From contig NC_068999.1 of the NCBI RefSeq assembly GCF_001194135.2, positions 45,422,090-45,486,089 on the forward strand: DNA of 64,000 nucleotides. The letters are read 5' to 3'. Position 1 is the stretch's first letter. Each line of letters opens with the position of its first letter. The stretch is from Octopus bimaculoides (Eukaryota). A program made the translations under genes and the position numbers. Below the pieces are notes generated by a model. The model was not told where the DNA came from. It saw nothing but the letters and a program-made list of their open reading frames with translations, and ran no database searches. Positions 63,950-64,000 of this stretch are shown here, one piece after another.

Positions 63950-64000
<51 letters not shown>

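Overview
AT-rich, repeat-saturated eukaryotic non-coding DNA with 18 assembly gaps (about 4.5 kb of N). The recurring SINE and RTE-LINE tail families match, from memory, the octopus repeat complement; the species is an inference and was not checked by search. I found no host protein-coding exon, rRNA, tRNA gene or CRISPR array, and the long ORFs are microsatellite or N-gap artefacts. The window contains about 40 copies of three tRNA-derived SINE families (labelled A, B, C here), RTE-LINE fossils and 3' tails, hAT/Tc1/piggyBac MITEs, two Helentron-like non-autonomous elements, fossil Buster/Charlie-type hAT transposase fragments and many simple repeats. The most notable signal is a set of hammerhead ribozyme motifs from three unrelated sequence families, all with a very short palindromic helix III. 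One is a fully foldable type I hammerhead on the minus strand at 8256-8357. The others are a Penelope-type minimal hammerhead cluster at 32381-32860 and decayed copies at about 18770 and 36385. Most repeat boundaries are approximate (+/-10-20 nt).
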